Assembly: GCF_000150275.1 (NCBI RefSeq)
Contig: NW_002060985.1
Span: 4,914 to 68,913 of the forward strand
DNA length: 64,000 bases
Direction of reading: 5' to 3'
Source of the DNA: Trichoplax adhaerens
Lineage: Eukaryota > Animalia > Placozoa
Shown here: positions 51,957 through 64,000 of the stretch, one piece after another
How positions within the stretch are numbered: position 1 is the first letter of the stretch
Layout: the number at the start of each line of letters is the position of its first letter
Program-made: the position numbers and the translations under genes
The notes under the pieces: model-generated
Told to the model about the DNA's origin: nothing
Database searches by the model: none
The model's input: the letters and a program-made list of their open reading frames with translations, nothing else

Positions 51957-53008
51957 AAAGCGATCTTGGAAAAGGATGGGAACCGTCTAATCATCATCCG
52001 TTCATGGAGACCAAGTGATGTGCATATGATATACTCAATCAGCAAAATGCTTAGTCGAAAGCGATCTTGAAACTATTTTGGATAGAACGCGTCCATGCAG
52101 TCATCATCCATGAGTGGACAATGATTAGACCAAGTCATGTGCCCAAGATCTACTTTTACTCGATCACAAAATGCTTGGTCGAAAGCGATCTTGAAACTAT
52201 TTTGGATAGAATGCGTCCATGAGTGGACGATGATTAGACCAAGTCATGTGCCCGAGATCTACTTTCACTCGATCACAAAATGCTTGGTCGAAAGTAATCT
52301 TGAAACTATTTTGGATCGAATGCGTCCATGAGTGGACGATGATTAGACCAAGTCATGTGCCCGAGATCTACTTTCACTCTATCACAAAATGCTTGGTCGA
52401 AAGTTATCTTGAAACTATTTTGGATAGGACGCGTCCATGCAGTCATCATCCATGAGTGGACGATGGATTAGACCAAGTCATGTGCCCAAGATCTACTTTC
52501 ACTCGATCAGATAATGCTTGGTCGAAAGCGATCTTGAAACTATTTTGGATAGAATGCGTCCATGCAGTCATCATCCATGAGTGGACAATGATTAGACCAA
52601 GTCATGAGCCCAAGATCTACTTTCACTCGATCACAAAATGCTTGGTCGAAAGCGATCTTGAAACTATTTTGGATAGGACGCGCCCATGCAGTCATCATCC
52701 ATGAGTGGACGATGATTAGACCAAGTCATGTGCCCAAGATCTACTTTCACTCGATCAGATAATGCTTGGTCGAAAGCGATATTGAAACTATTTTGGATAG
52801 AATGCGTCCATGCAGTCATCTTCCATGAGTGGACGATGATTAGACCAAGTCATGTGCCTAGGATCTACTTTCACTCAATCAGAAAATGCTTGGTCGAAAG
52901 CGATCTTGAAACTGTTTTGAATGGGACGTGTCCACGCAGTAATCATCCACTCATGGATGATGATTAAACCAAGTGATGTGCATAGGATATACTCAATCAG
53001 CAAAATGG
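51957..53008. repeat. 124-bp minisatellite, about 8 units, two of them 109-bp deletion variants
   Basis: (G)ACCAAGT starts at 52009, 52128, 52237, 52346, 52471, 52595, 52719, 52843 and 52967. Confidence 0.97.
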
Positions 53009-53009
53009 T

Positions 53010-53810
53010 TGGTTGAGTCGGTGATCCTACGAATGTACAGCAGGGACCTTCATTTGTACTCAATTAGAACGAGCGAGTGAAAAGCTTGGACAAAACTCCT
53101 TGACTGCAATATATTCAATTTGCTCGGTCTACACTCTACATTGCAGTAAAGTAAAAGGTACAACGACGGATCGACTACAGATACGATCAAGTACTGTGCT
53201 GATGATATGCTCATTCAGGAAAGTAATTGAGTCAGTCATCAATTGCTGACTAATGTACAGTACAGCATGGATCTTCATTTGTACTCAATTGTACATTGTA
53301 CAGTAAATGAAAATCTTGGACAAAATTCCTTGACTACAACACAACAAAATATTCAATTTGCTCAGTGTGCACTGCAGCAACGTAAAAGGCACTACAACTA
53401 GTCATGGATACGATTATGATTCGATCAAGTAATACAGAACTTAGATGATGTGCTCAATCAGGAAAAGGATTGAGACAGTGATAAATTGCACACAAATGTA
53501 CAGCAAAGTTAAAAGCACAAGTACGCCAAGTAGAGCGAGCGATGGGCTAAACTCCTTAACTGCAATATTCTATTGGCTCAGTGTGCACTGCAGTAGCTTA
53601 TGTAAAGTAAAAGCTACGCAACAAATCGACTACAAATACGATTATGATTCGATCAAGTGATGAGCAGATGATATGCTCAATCAGGAAGATTGTAAGCCAG
53701 TGATAACTTTGACACTAATTGCACAGGTGGCTCAGTGTGCACTACAGTAACAGCTCTCATATAAAGTAAAAGATACAGAGACGGATCGACTACTACGACT
53801 AGTTATAATC
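53010..53810. repeat. Diverged roughly 230-bp tandem repeats (about 3.5 copies)
   Basis: AA(C/T)TCCTT.ACT.CAA...ATTC.ATT.GCTC.GT near 53094, 53324 and 53550, with shared TTCGATCAAGT and TGCTCAATCAGGAA. Confidence 0.75.
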
Positions 53811-56447
53811 AAAAAATGAATTTCTTCTGTAAACTCCATTTCTTCCAATTGGGCAGTATGCTGCCATTTGTGAAGCTTCCGGTACACGTGCAAACTGTGC
53901 AAGGCACGTTAAGAAAATGATCCTTATTCAAGCGTAGTACAGTCTGTTGTGCGCGCGACAGAAAGACAATCAGTAGCAAAGCCATGTCACACCTTGCCAT
54001 GGTAGCCTAGAAACTAGCATGACTTTACTGGCGACTGCTTCTATGACACAACAAGCCGTTGCTGCAAATGATTTCCTAAAGATTTCATCACTTGTTACAC
54101 TCTAATGGTGCACGCTGCAAACTCATTCATCATTTTGCAAATGGCATTGCAATCAGGATAAAGAGATCGCTAAACGGATTATTTCAAGGCGAGTGACGAC
54201 TGCAAGGATGCTTTAGTCGCTACGAGCAACATCATTTCCTAACAGAAACTACTACTATTGCTGTATAGGGTTCGGTAGATTTGAATTTTGGTTGCAGAGA
54301 TTGCGCTGAAATGATGGATTGAGTTACTTATAGCATGATCTGCCCGTTGAAAAATGATTAACAATTAATAAATAAACATGGTTTTGAACGAGCGCACTAA
54401 AAGACGTTGCTTTGCCATAGTATTCCACATTCCTACGGCAGTTGCGACAGGTTGCTATACTCGTACGTATAGTACTGGCTGAACTGTAATTGTACAAAAA
54501 TCCTTAAGAGATTACAATTGCCTTTGGGTACGTCGTGTGGAAGACATTTTATTGTAACTCTTTATTTATCAGACGGGTAGATCAAGCCATAAGTGACCCA
54601 ATAAACCGTTTCAGCGATATTGGCCAAACCAGATTTCGTATCTGACAAGCCCTAAACTGCAAAGTATAGGAGCTCTGTACTCTACCAGATAGAATAACAG
54701 ATCTTATGACCAAAGTCAATTGAACGCTTATACTTCCTTGAATCCTATCATTCATATTATCATTAGTATTAGCTTGAAGAAATGCTTCAAATTGAGATGC
54801 ACCCTGCTATGTTTTATTCATGCCTATGGTGCGATCCACAACAGCTGCGATCGAGTACAATAACAGCCTTCCTCATCATCAGCAAAAATGCTTTTGTTAC
54901 AAATTTGCCCATAACTACTCTATTCACGACAAATACAGTACATGAACATCAATTCCATTCTACTTGCAGTATATAAAGTGAGCTACGATAAGCCAGATAG
55001 ATGGCGCTAAATTTATTTCAGTGAACTTATTGCCATAAACACCGTAAAATCAATTGAAATTGAAATACCACAGTCAAGCGCACAGTAGTAAACGACGGTA
55101 CGCTAATATTAATCATAAACTATCCAATCTTGAAGTACGTTTATTGTCATGTAATGGCAACTATCACCAACCTTTTCCTTCGGATCATTGTCGTGTGTAC
55201 GTTAAAATACCATACGTATTTTTTGGGAGGGAATATAAAGATCGAAGCATAGGCAATAACATCACATATACGTGATTCTGCTTAGTTTTGACGACTATAC
55301 GCCGTTCAGTTATATCGAAGGATATCTGATCATTACGTATAAAATATCCCGCAACGATGTCATTGAATAAGAATAATAAATCGGATGCTTAAAACCGTTT
55401 TGCTACAAGCTACATTTGTCACGGTGTTAATTAACGCCAATCTTTCCTCTGGATTATTGTCATGTGTGCGTTATATTACCATGCATTTTTCATTTTTGAT
55501 TACAATAAAGAATAGGCAATAAAATCACGTCTACATCTAAGTGAATAGTTCACCACGATGACTATGCTATCAACTTTACTCTCACCAAGCCGTTCAGTAA
55601 TACTGATAAGTGGATATACACTACCTACAACTGTGTCATTCAATAAGAATATTAAATCGAATGCTTAGTTGAAGTGTTTTGCTGCAAGCTACAATTTTGC
55701 CATGGGTCAAGTAAATGAATGGCTAATTTTAAGATTGTAAAAGACAAATTCCATCACATACTGTAGAATATGGGATAGCGAATCGAACAATAACAGCTGC
55801 ACAATTTATTGTGCGCGATAGTTATTATATCCCGTGTAGAAAGGAATTTGCATATTATATATGAAAGACAGTCTATATTGATGCTAGGATAGCATGCTAT
55901 GAATACCTCATAACGAATTCTTTATTTCTAAGCTATAACTACCCTAGCTTTCTACGATCATTTCAACGCATACTGTGCAACTGCTGCATAGTACAAATAT
56001 AATAAATCCTTGTCCTTGCCACCATTCGCATTGACAAAACCTCTCATTGACTAGAATTCTACGATAGACTTCTCCGTTTGGATAGTACTGTGCTAGTATA
56101 ACCCACGATATTTATACTTCGCGTACTGCATACGGCATTTTGTAATAATATCTAATGATAGACCGATGAAGCAGCTATACCAACGCAAAAACTCTTCCTG
56201 AATATAACCATCTAAAAATAATTCAATATTTGCTTTGAAGCTATGCTCAAGACGAAAATTGACAACCCTCAACGCCCCGGTAAATCATTATTACCGAATA
56301 AATTACCGAGGTATAGTACTAGTATAGTCTGCTGTACGTCCTCATGCTTTTTCCTGTACTTATCGTTGTCACTTCGCACAGGGCATATTTAGTTGAACAA
56401 CTCTGGGAAAGTGTATAAAATAGCTTGCAGGGTTTTCTAACGTAGAG

Positions 56448-56850
56448 AGTGGGATTACGCTCATAAGATAGCATATGATCGAACTAATATTATCGTTAAC
56501 CTCAATTAAATCATTGCTACAGGAGTAAATAATGGTTACCTTCTGTTCCGAGTAGACAATCTAGCCTGAAATCCAGATTTTCTTACTATGCGATTATGCT
56601 CATAAGGTAGTATACGATCAAACTATTATCATCGTTAATCTTACTTAAATCATTACTACAGGAGTAAATAAAGGTTAGCATCTGTACTGAGTGGAAAATC
56701 CAGCCTGAAATCCTGATTTTTTAAGGTGGGATTACGCTCATAAGATAGCATACCATCAAACTAATATCATCGTTAACCTCAATTAAACCATTGCTACAGG
56801 AGTAAATAGCGATTACTATTTGCTTCAAGTGAAAAGTTCAGCCTGAAATA
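56448..56850. repeat. Three tandem copies of a roughly 139-bp unit
   Basis: GATTA.GCTCATAAG.TAG...ATCGTTAA...CTACAGGAGTAAATA...AGCCTGAAAT occurs three times. Confidence 0.9.
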
Positions 56851-57439
56851 GATCATACTGCAACAAAGTCTTGAGTTGAATACCTCTTTTCCTAAAAAAA
56901 ATATTCTTGCTTTGGCCGTATGGACACGTTTAACATTACCGTACTGCATCATACGCTGTTATTGCAATAGCTGCTGCAAAATATGGCAATGCATGCTTTA
57001 ATTGCATATCATAAACGTCAAACATATGCTGTAATTCACCACAAGAATGTAAAAATAATCATGAATCTGGTATAAATATCGTCAATATTGCATTGCGATG
57101 GTTTGATAAAGAATACTAAAGATTTTATATGGATACAATTGTAAAAGGAAGTGCCCACTCATGAACTACTGAATCGGTTTTGTGTCTTAAGTTGCAGTTC
57201 AATATAGCTAATACAGTAATCACTAACACTATAACTGAATATCAAATATGGCATTGATCGCGTGTAAACCCTTCACCTACATTAATGATTACTTAATCAT
57301 TACAAATGTATATACAAGATGTAATTGTATGTAAATTTCACTTTATTCCTGCCTTATTACAGTTAATAAGTTTCACTAATACATCATATTGTACTCTATT
57401 GCATACTTTGACGTTACTACTGCTAGACAGGAAATTAGA

Positions 57440-57890
57440 CTAGAAATAATACCGTACTATAAAGTGGATGATATTACTGGATGATTAAGTTAGACTAGAA
57501 AATGAGGCAGTTCTTGAAAGACTTGATTTATCTTAAATAAAGTAGAAAACTGTACCATACTGCAAATGATATCGTACTTCAAAATGAATGATATTACTGA
57601 ATGACCAAAATTAAACTATAAAATGAGGTAGTCCTTGAAAGATTTGACTTATTTTAATTGAAGTAGAAAATTATACCACACTAGAAATAATATCGCACTT
57701 TAAAATGAATGAAATTGCTGGATGACTAAAAGTTAGACTATGAAATGAGATAGTCCTCGAAAAACTTGACTTGTCTTAAGCAAAATAGAAAAACTGCAGC
57801 ATATTAGAAATAGTATTGTGCTTCAAAGTACAGGATATTACTGGATGCACAAAAGTTAACTGGAAAAGGAGATAATCATTAAAAGTCTTA
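57440..57890. repeat. About four diverged tandem copies of a roughly 120-bp unit
   Basis: AAAT.ATA..G..CT..AAA...ATATTACTG.ATG...AAATGAG..AGT near 57440, 57560, 57681 and 57804. Confidence 0.8.
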
Positions 57891-60800
57891 ATGTATACTG
57901 AAAACGATGATTTAAGCTATTTAATTGAAAGAAGACATGGGCTGCATACCCATAGTTGAATTCAAAAAATAGATAATCTTTGTCAGGCCTTGATGCATCT
58001 TGAATAATAGTGAATGCAAATGCCTTATGACATAATGTTATGCACGATTAATATTTTTATTCCTTAGACTCGTAACAATGCGTTCAGCTATTTTTCCTCT
58101 TAATCAATTGTCACCAATCAAACTTGCAATATCTGAGAGAAGGACAACACTACTAATTAATCGACGCCAGCAAACGATAACATCCTCGATCATATTTTTC
58201 TGCTAAACGGCAATCATACTTTATTATCACAACTCAGATAGAAATAACAACTTTAACAACGTAATGTAAAACATCAAACTCATACTACAGTTACATATTT
58301 AAAATCAGTTTACGTACTAATTTTATAAAAATTATTATAACCCGATTTTATGCTAGACTACAAAAAGGACATGAAATTCGTGTCGTGACACTATTGTGTC
58401 GTTAGGCTCTAACTAAGAAATATTAAACCCATTAATGCACCTCTTATACTTCAATAATAACTAGTGTATCAGATTCTAAAGTGTCGGGTTATACTGTCAA
58501 AGTTCGTTCTACAGCATCATTTCTGTACTGTTATCATTGGGTTTATTATCCAACAACATTTCATTATCTCGTGATAAGAATACCTTAGAATCATAAACAA
58601 TTTCACAAAGGTTCAATTGCTGCCTCAATATTGATAGGCATTAATAATAAATGTCCGCATGTATAATGCTGATCATAACTTTCATAGGGTGTTATTCCAA
58701 GATTTACCACGCATGATCATGCTTATAATCATCCTAAAACATATCAGCTGTCTTCACTTTACTGAAAGAATGATTATTAACGTACCAAAGCAAATAGTAA
58801 CTGCAAAATACATTATTGCAATCGATCAACGCAAGCAATTCAATTTTTCAGGTTAATATCATATTTTTTATCATCAATTGATTGTCCAATTTTATTATTT
58901 AATTTTATGTAGATAGAATGATATGTCTTAATTGATGTTTTATCTTTTAATTGATAGAAATATAGCCAATCTTCTTGAATGGCATTGTATCTATCTAATC
59001 AGCTAATTAATAATTTATAATACATCATTATGAATGATCGGATGATCCTTTAGAATAGATGCGTATATTGTGATAATGAAATGAGGATATGGGAACAGTT
59101 TACTTCGTGATAACAAGCGTTGACATTAGATCATCGCGTTAAGGGTAATAGTACAATCTGATTTTACAGGCATATCTATTCATTTGTCACATTCATCAAT
59201 TAATCGTTGATAACTATACTGGAATAAAGTATTACAGGGTTAACTGTCATTCTTCGTATTTAATAAATGCAGTAAAATCCTATTTGGAGGGCAATAGAAA
59301 TATAGTAACCTCTTTAAAAGATGCCATGAAACATGACTTTTATTTATATTATCTAATTCATCAATACTAATTTAATTTCCTACCAGCATATTCTCTATTA
59401 TTGTTTTGTTAAAAGTTCTCGTTGGTTTATTCAGTCTTTCATGCTCTATGAGTAAACTATTGAATATCGTATTGAAGTAATATTGGCAACCTAAATAAAT
59501 GATACTGTTTTACAAATTATCAGAAAGATCTCTCGTATCGAGTACCTAACTTTGATATGAACCTCACAACTGTATAGGATACTGCATTCGGTAATATCCT
59601 GTCGATAATCTTCGTTAAGTATCCAGGGGGATTGGCTAAAATGTTAATAACTTTACATGGAGTATACTCGTCTATTTCTATTAAATAGTATAACCAAATA
59701 AGTTTAACCTTTTCACCAAAAAATGACATTCAATTAAGCTACATGGCTTCCTTTTGATAACTTGTATCGATATGAAAAGATGATCATAGCTTTATCCTTG
59801 CAATCCTTCAAGAAATATAACCGCGTAAACTCTTTAGTTTCAAAGACAATAAGTACATCCGATTTTTCGTACTTAATATCCGATTTGTTTTATAAATAGC
59901 ACGAAGAATATTTAATAATCAATTCGACAACAATGCCATTAGGCCATTTGAAACTGGCTTTGTACAAATTCTAATGCCGCTATTGAGTTCTTTAAAAGGG
60001 CTAAAATGAAAATTTTACCGGAATGATACTAATAATAGGAATGCGATTTGCCTATTCAAAATTACGTTTATATCCAATATTCCGATATACTGATGGAATG
60101 CATTAAGTTGCATAACGTCTTCACTGTGTATGAATATATAAGTACTACAGAATATTTTCCACTTTGCTTTTTTTCGAGGTCAATAAATAATTGGTCTTAA
60201 TTTTTGATGACTAAATAATTTTTATAAAAATGTCGCTGTAAAAGAAAAGAATGGTGAAGAATTCAATTTTACTTTGAAAACTGCCACTAACCTTACTAAT
60301 AATAGAATCAGTTCTTTCATCACAACATATTGCAAAATTTTGGAAAACATAATATTGTAAAAGGCCGTATAATAGTTGACAATTCTAAACATAAGCTGAC
60401 AAGGATACTAGTATTATAATAGATTCTGCTATTTAATCAATGACAGGGTCAATGATTTTCAGTTGCAAATAGATACAAATCAAAGGGTTTATTACTTTTA
60501 TATGCGGTTAGTGCTTGTTTATGAGCTTGCTCTTGTTGTCATGCACGAATTTAACCAAAAATGCCTTCGGAAATTATTCAAACTCTTATGACGGAGGCAA
60601 TAAATTTCTATTGTGAATGCATTGAATAGATGTATCAAAGCTAATTTGGCCGATTTCTACTCTAGTTATATTTTTCAAACTGATGAACTATAAATGGTCG
60701 ATAGGATTTCGAAATAGCGAGTCAAGTTATCAAAAGAACTATTAGGTCTGTAATTCTGTTTTCTGTCCAATTTAATATCTTTAATAATAATAAACTATTT

Positions 60801-63800
60801 TTTAACCATCAGTTCTTAATGTATTATGATTTTTATTGTAAGTAGCCTGACAGCGCATTTTCTATCACAGTCAGGATATTTATCAATTTCTCCCAGTATT
60901 TTTTTTAATTCAGAATGAAAAATTTCATTCATATTGCTGATTATCATGCAAAAATGCTCAAGTTGACTTGATAGTTATCGCAAATGGTTATTAGCAAAGT
61001 ATCATCGTCGATTATTTTATTTAAATTCTCCATCAGAATATTTTAAAAACTTGTCAATGCTAAAAAATTTTTCTTTATAATTACAATTTTTCTATGATTA
61101 GTTTTCAGTTTACAGTACATCAATAGGCCATAATTTGTAAGTAAAGTGCATTAAAAGCTGTATAACTCGGCACGATATCAACCATTACAATTTATTGCTA
61201 CTTAACGATTGATAATTCAATTAAAGTTTCACAAGAAAATGTCAATATTCAGGCTACATCACAATAAACTTCCGATGAAATTATCATCTATTGTTCGCTT
61301 TAGGTATAACAGTTCTATAAATGTAAACTACATATGTTGGTATCTAACAAATGTATATTTCCTCAATCTAGTCGAAAACAATAACTAATGTATTCTACAT
61401 CAATTTATCAATTAAGTTAATTAATCAATCAAGGATGCAAGTACAATAATTAATATAACATGCCATATTCTAATAAATAAAAATATGAGACTTGGATAAT
61501 TTTATGTTTTTGTATACAACGTTAGTTTCTTACGGACGATGTCCAGATAGAGCTTATTTTCGAATTAAAATCAGTATTCAAAATATTCAGAGATTACCAA
61601 TAATGGAGAGAGCATAGTTACTTGCTTATTAATCTATCCCAAATATCCAATCATTATGACTATCATCCATTGGATTATGCATGACTTTTAGCGATTTCTA
61701 TCGTTGCTGTGCTAAGCAAGTAGTATTTCAGTAATTCCCTCTGGTATGTTGTTTGATCTTTTTAATCCTGGTTTGTTAGCTATTTCAATCGTTCTAGTAT
61801 TAAGTAATCAATATTTCAGTAATTATCTATGGTGCGGAATATATTGATGAAAATGGCATTGGATAAGAGCTGTATTATGAGGAGAAATGGAGAACATCAG
61901 CAACATACTACACGAGTACATGTGTATATATACTGTATATATAATTACTATAATTGTGCAGAAGATATTGACTACTAATTAATTATGATGTCGCAATAGC
62001 GTGAAATGGCTAAAAATTATTAAGTTACCTCCTGGACTAATACTATTAAGATGAATAGATAGAGCAATGTTAATTATAATTATCGCTGGATCTTATGATT
62101 TAAGACAAGAGAGCAATCACTAAATTAACAGCTACCGTACCTAGACACTAAATTTGCTATTTTGCAAATAGAACTTAATTTAATTTTAATGAATAATTTC
62201 ATTCCCTATCTAGAAACGGTTGTAATTATCACATTGCGAACAAATCTTATTTTACAACGGAATGATGACCTTACAACAGAATAAATACATTTACATTTTC
62301 CAATTAATCTATTCAGCGTTAGCGCTATGAATGCCTTGAAAGAGAAAATTTTGTAGTTACAACGGCAGTTCGGAAGCAATCTAATGACAAATAATGAACC
62401 TCGATGAAGTAATTACAGCATCTTCCATTTAGCTACAATCAAGAAAATCTCTAATTAGCTTGACATATTGACTAATAGTCTATGCGAAGTTTTGTCAATA
62501 ATTTCCTGCTCTATTTCTCTTCAGTTAAACTAGAACGATATCCGTTCCTTCTTAAGTAATGACAGACTCACTATCGCTTGGTGCGCAATACGCGCGTAGC
62601 CATATTAGCCTATTACAAGGATAACATATTTTGACAGTAAAATGAAAAATGAAATAAAGCATGATGTGATGTAGCATAGCTGGGTCAATTTTGAGCTAGT
62701 AGATTGCAAACCTTAGAGGTTAATAAATTAAAAAGGTTCATCACAACACGTCTACATGTATGTAAATACTGCAACTGGAGGGTAATGTTAGAAATGATAT
62801 TCATTGGATATAAACTAGCTCGATTTGAAGCATTATACCGTATCAGTGAATAAAGTTATACCCTAAAGCAGTGGAATACCTACTTTAATAGCAATTGCAA
62901 TCACTTTTATTATCGGAGCAAATTAGAATGATGAACAAGATTCAACTTATATAATATCGGCATTATAAACAGGTCATAAGATGACGATCAAATGGGCTTG
63001 GATTTTATTTGATCATCAATAGGATTGACAACCCCATTGCAGATCTGGCTTCCACACAACATATACTTGAAGATTGAGAGGCAAGACAACCAGTGGCTCG
63101 ATATGAAAGCTGATTCACAATTTGAAGCGTGTTGATGCTATTTTTTTAAACCCAGCCTATGGAAATTGGTTAATCCTAATGGAAGACAGAGAGGCTTTAA
63201 AATCAAAATTAGTTTGACGCCTGTTCACGGTTCCACTTTGACTCGAATTGATGCTTTTCGGATCCTCATTAGTGAGGATAGAGCTGGACATTGAGTAGAA
63301 TTATTGAGTATTGTACAGTCCATTACATCAAAACTACATCAGCCTTGTGCAGGGATCTCTACAAACTGAAATCGAAATAAGAGATGCCCTTCTTTTCAGA
63401 CCGTTCATCGCTGGCATCTTTTCAAAAGTTCAAGAAATGTAGCCTTCATTAGACCGCTATTTCGTAGGTGTGGCGAGCCCTATAGGCGTATATACTAGTC
63501 GAGAATTGTTCAGCGATAGCCCTTCAATTAGGCCATTCAATTTTGAAGGCATTTACTTTGAATTTAGCTAAAATTTCACGAATACAGATGACGATAACTC
63601 TGATTAATTGGCACTAGATGCTTTTTTTCCCCCACTTTTACCGCATTATAATTGAGTTATTTGATTTCTTTCAAATTTCGAATACAAACCAACAGTCACT
63701 ACTACGTGTACGGTCGGCTCCACCAGTATACAAGTCACGCTGAAATAATAGTCTTCCATACTACCAGAGGATGTCCCAACTCCGAAGAGATCCGTACATC

Positions 63801-64000
63801 CAGACGTCCAGACTTTCTTATTCTTAGTAACCTGTTTGAGTTTATTTCCATACTGATACATAGACTGTTTTCAACTATTTGTGATGTCTAGTCTACACGT
63901 TCAATCGTAGCAGTAGCATACTGTACACAGTATACTGTCCAATACAATACCGACAGTGCCTCATAGTTTGTCCAGTAAGCTTTCTACGATTAGCTAACCC

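Noticed and set aside
52490-52520. Hammerhead-like CTGATCGAGTGAAA on the - strand
   Set aside because: The core deviates from CUGANGA, helix II is absent, and it occurs in only some units.
51957-53008. CRISPR array or coding repeat (several 64-82 aa ORFs)
   Set aside because: No unique spacers and no cas genes, in a eukaryotic context. Unit lengths of 124 and 109 are not multiples of 3, so the ORFs are repeat artefacts.
59520-60900. Possible decayed NACHT/NTPase gene on -
   Set aside because: Motif resemblance is weak, spacing is wrong, and there are many stops.
63020-63891. Possible Tc1/mariner HTH relic (PSFQTVHRW) and two overlapping short ORFs
   Set aside because: Too short, with no DDE motif or TIRs seen.

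Overview
AT-rich eukaryotic (animal) genomic DNA with short GT-AG introns. Gene content and style fit a placozoan (Trichoplax-like) genome best; this is inference. Recognisable genes: (1) a spliced ROCO gene on + (Roc GTPase-COR-CxxC/CxxC-CARD) whose P-loop and G3 motifs are degenerate; (2) two tandem GT10 alpha-1,3/4-fucosyltransferase paralogues on + with very long, mutually dissimilar stems; (3) a 12-exon R3H/SUZ (R3HDM/ARPP21/encore-like) gene on -. Decayed elements include a piggyBac-family transposase, an SRCR-EGF pseudogene, a possible death-domain exon relic and a small TRIM-like LTR element with a tRNA-Ala-type PBS. There are many local 100-540 bp tandem duplications. The most striking unexplained structure is the 523/539-bp tandem array just upstream of the ROCO gene. 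Each unit has an AG-free zone (about 350-385 nt where fully visible) ending in YAG, then 3 variable nt (AGC/GGT/AGC/GGC), then GTAAGT, enclosed in a predicted fold-back. This looks like a tandem array of 3-nt microexons. The intervals 15-19.5 kb and 41-64 kb are mostly unidentified non-coding or repetitive DNA.
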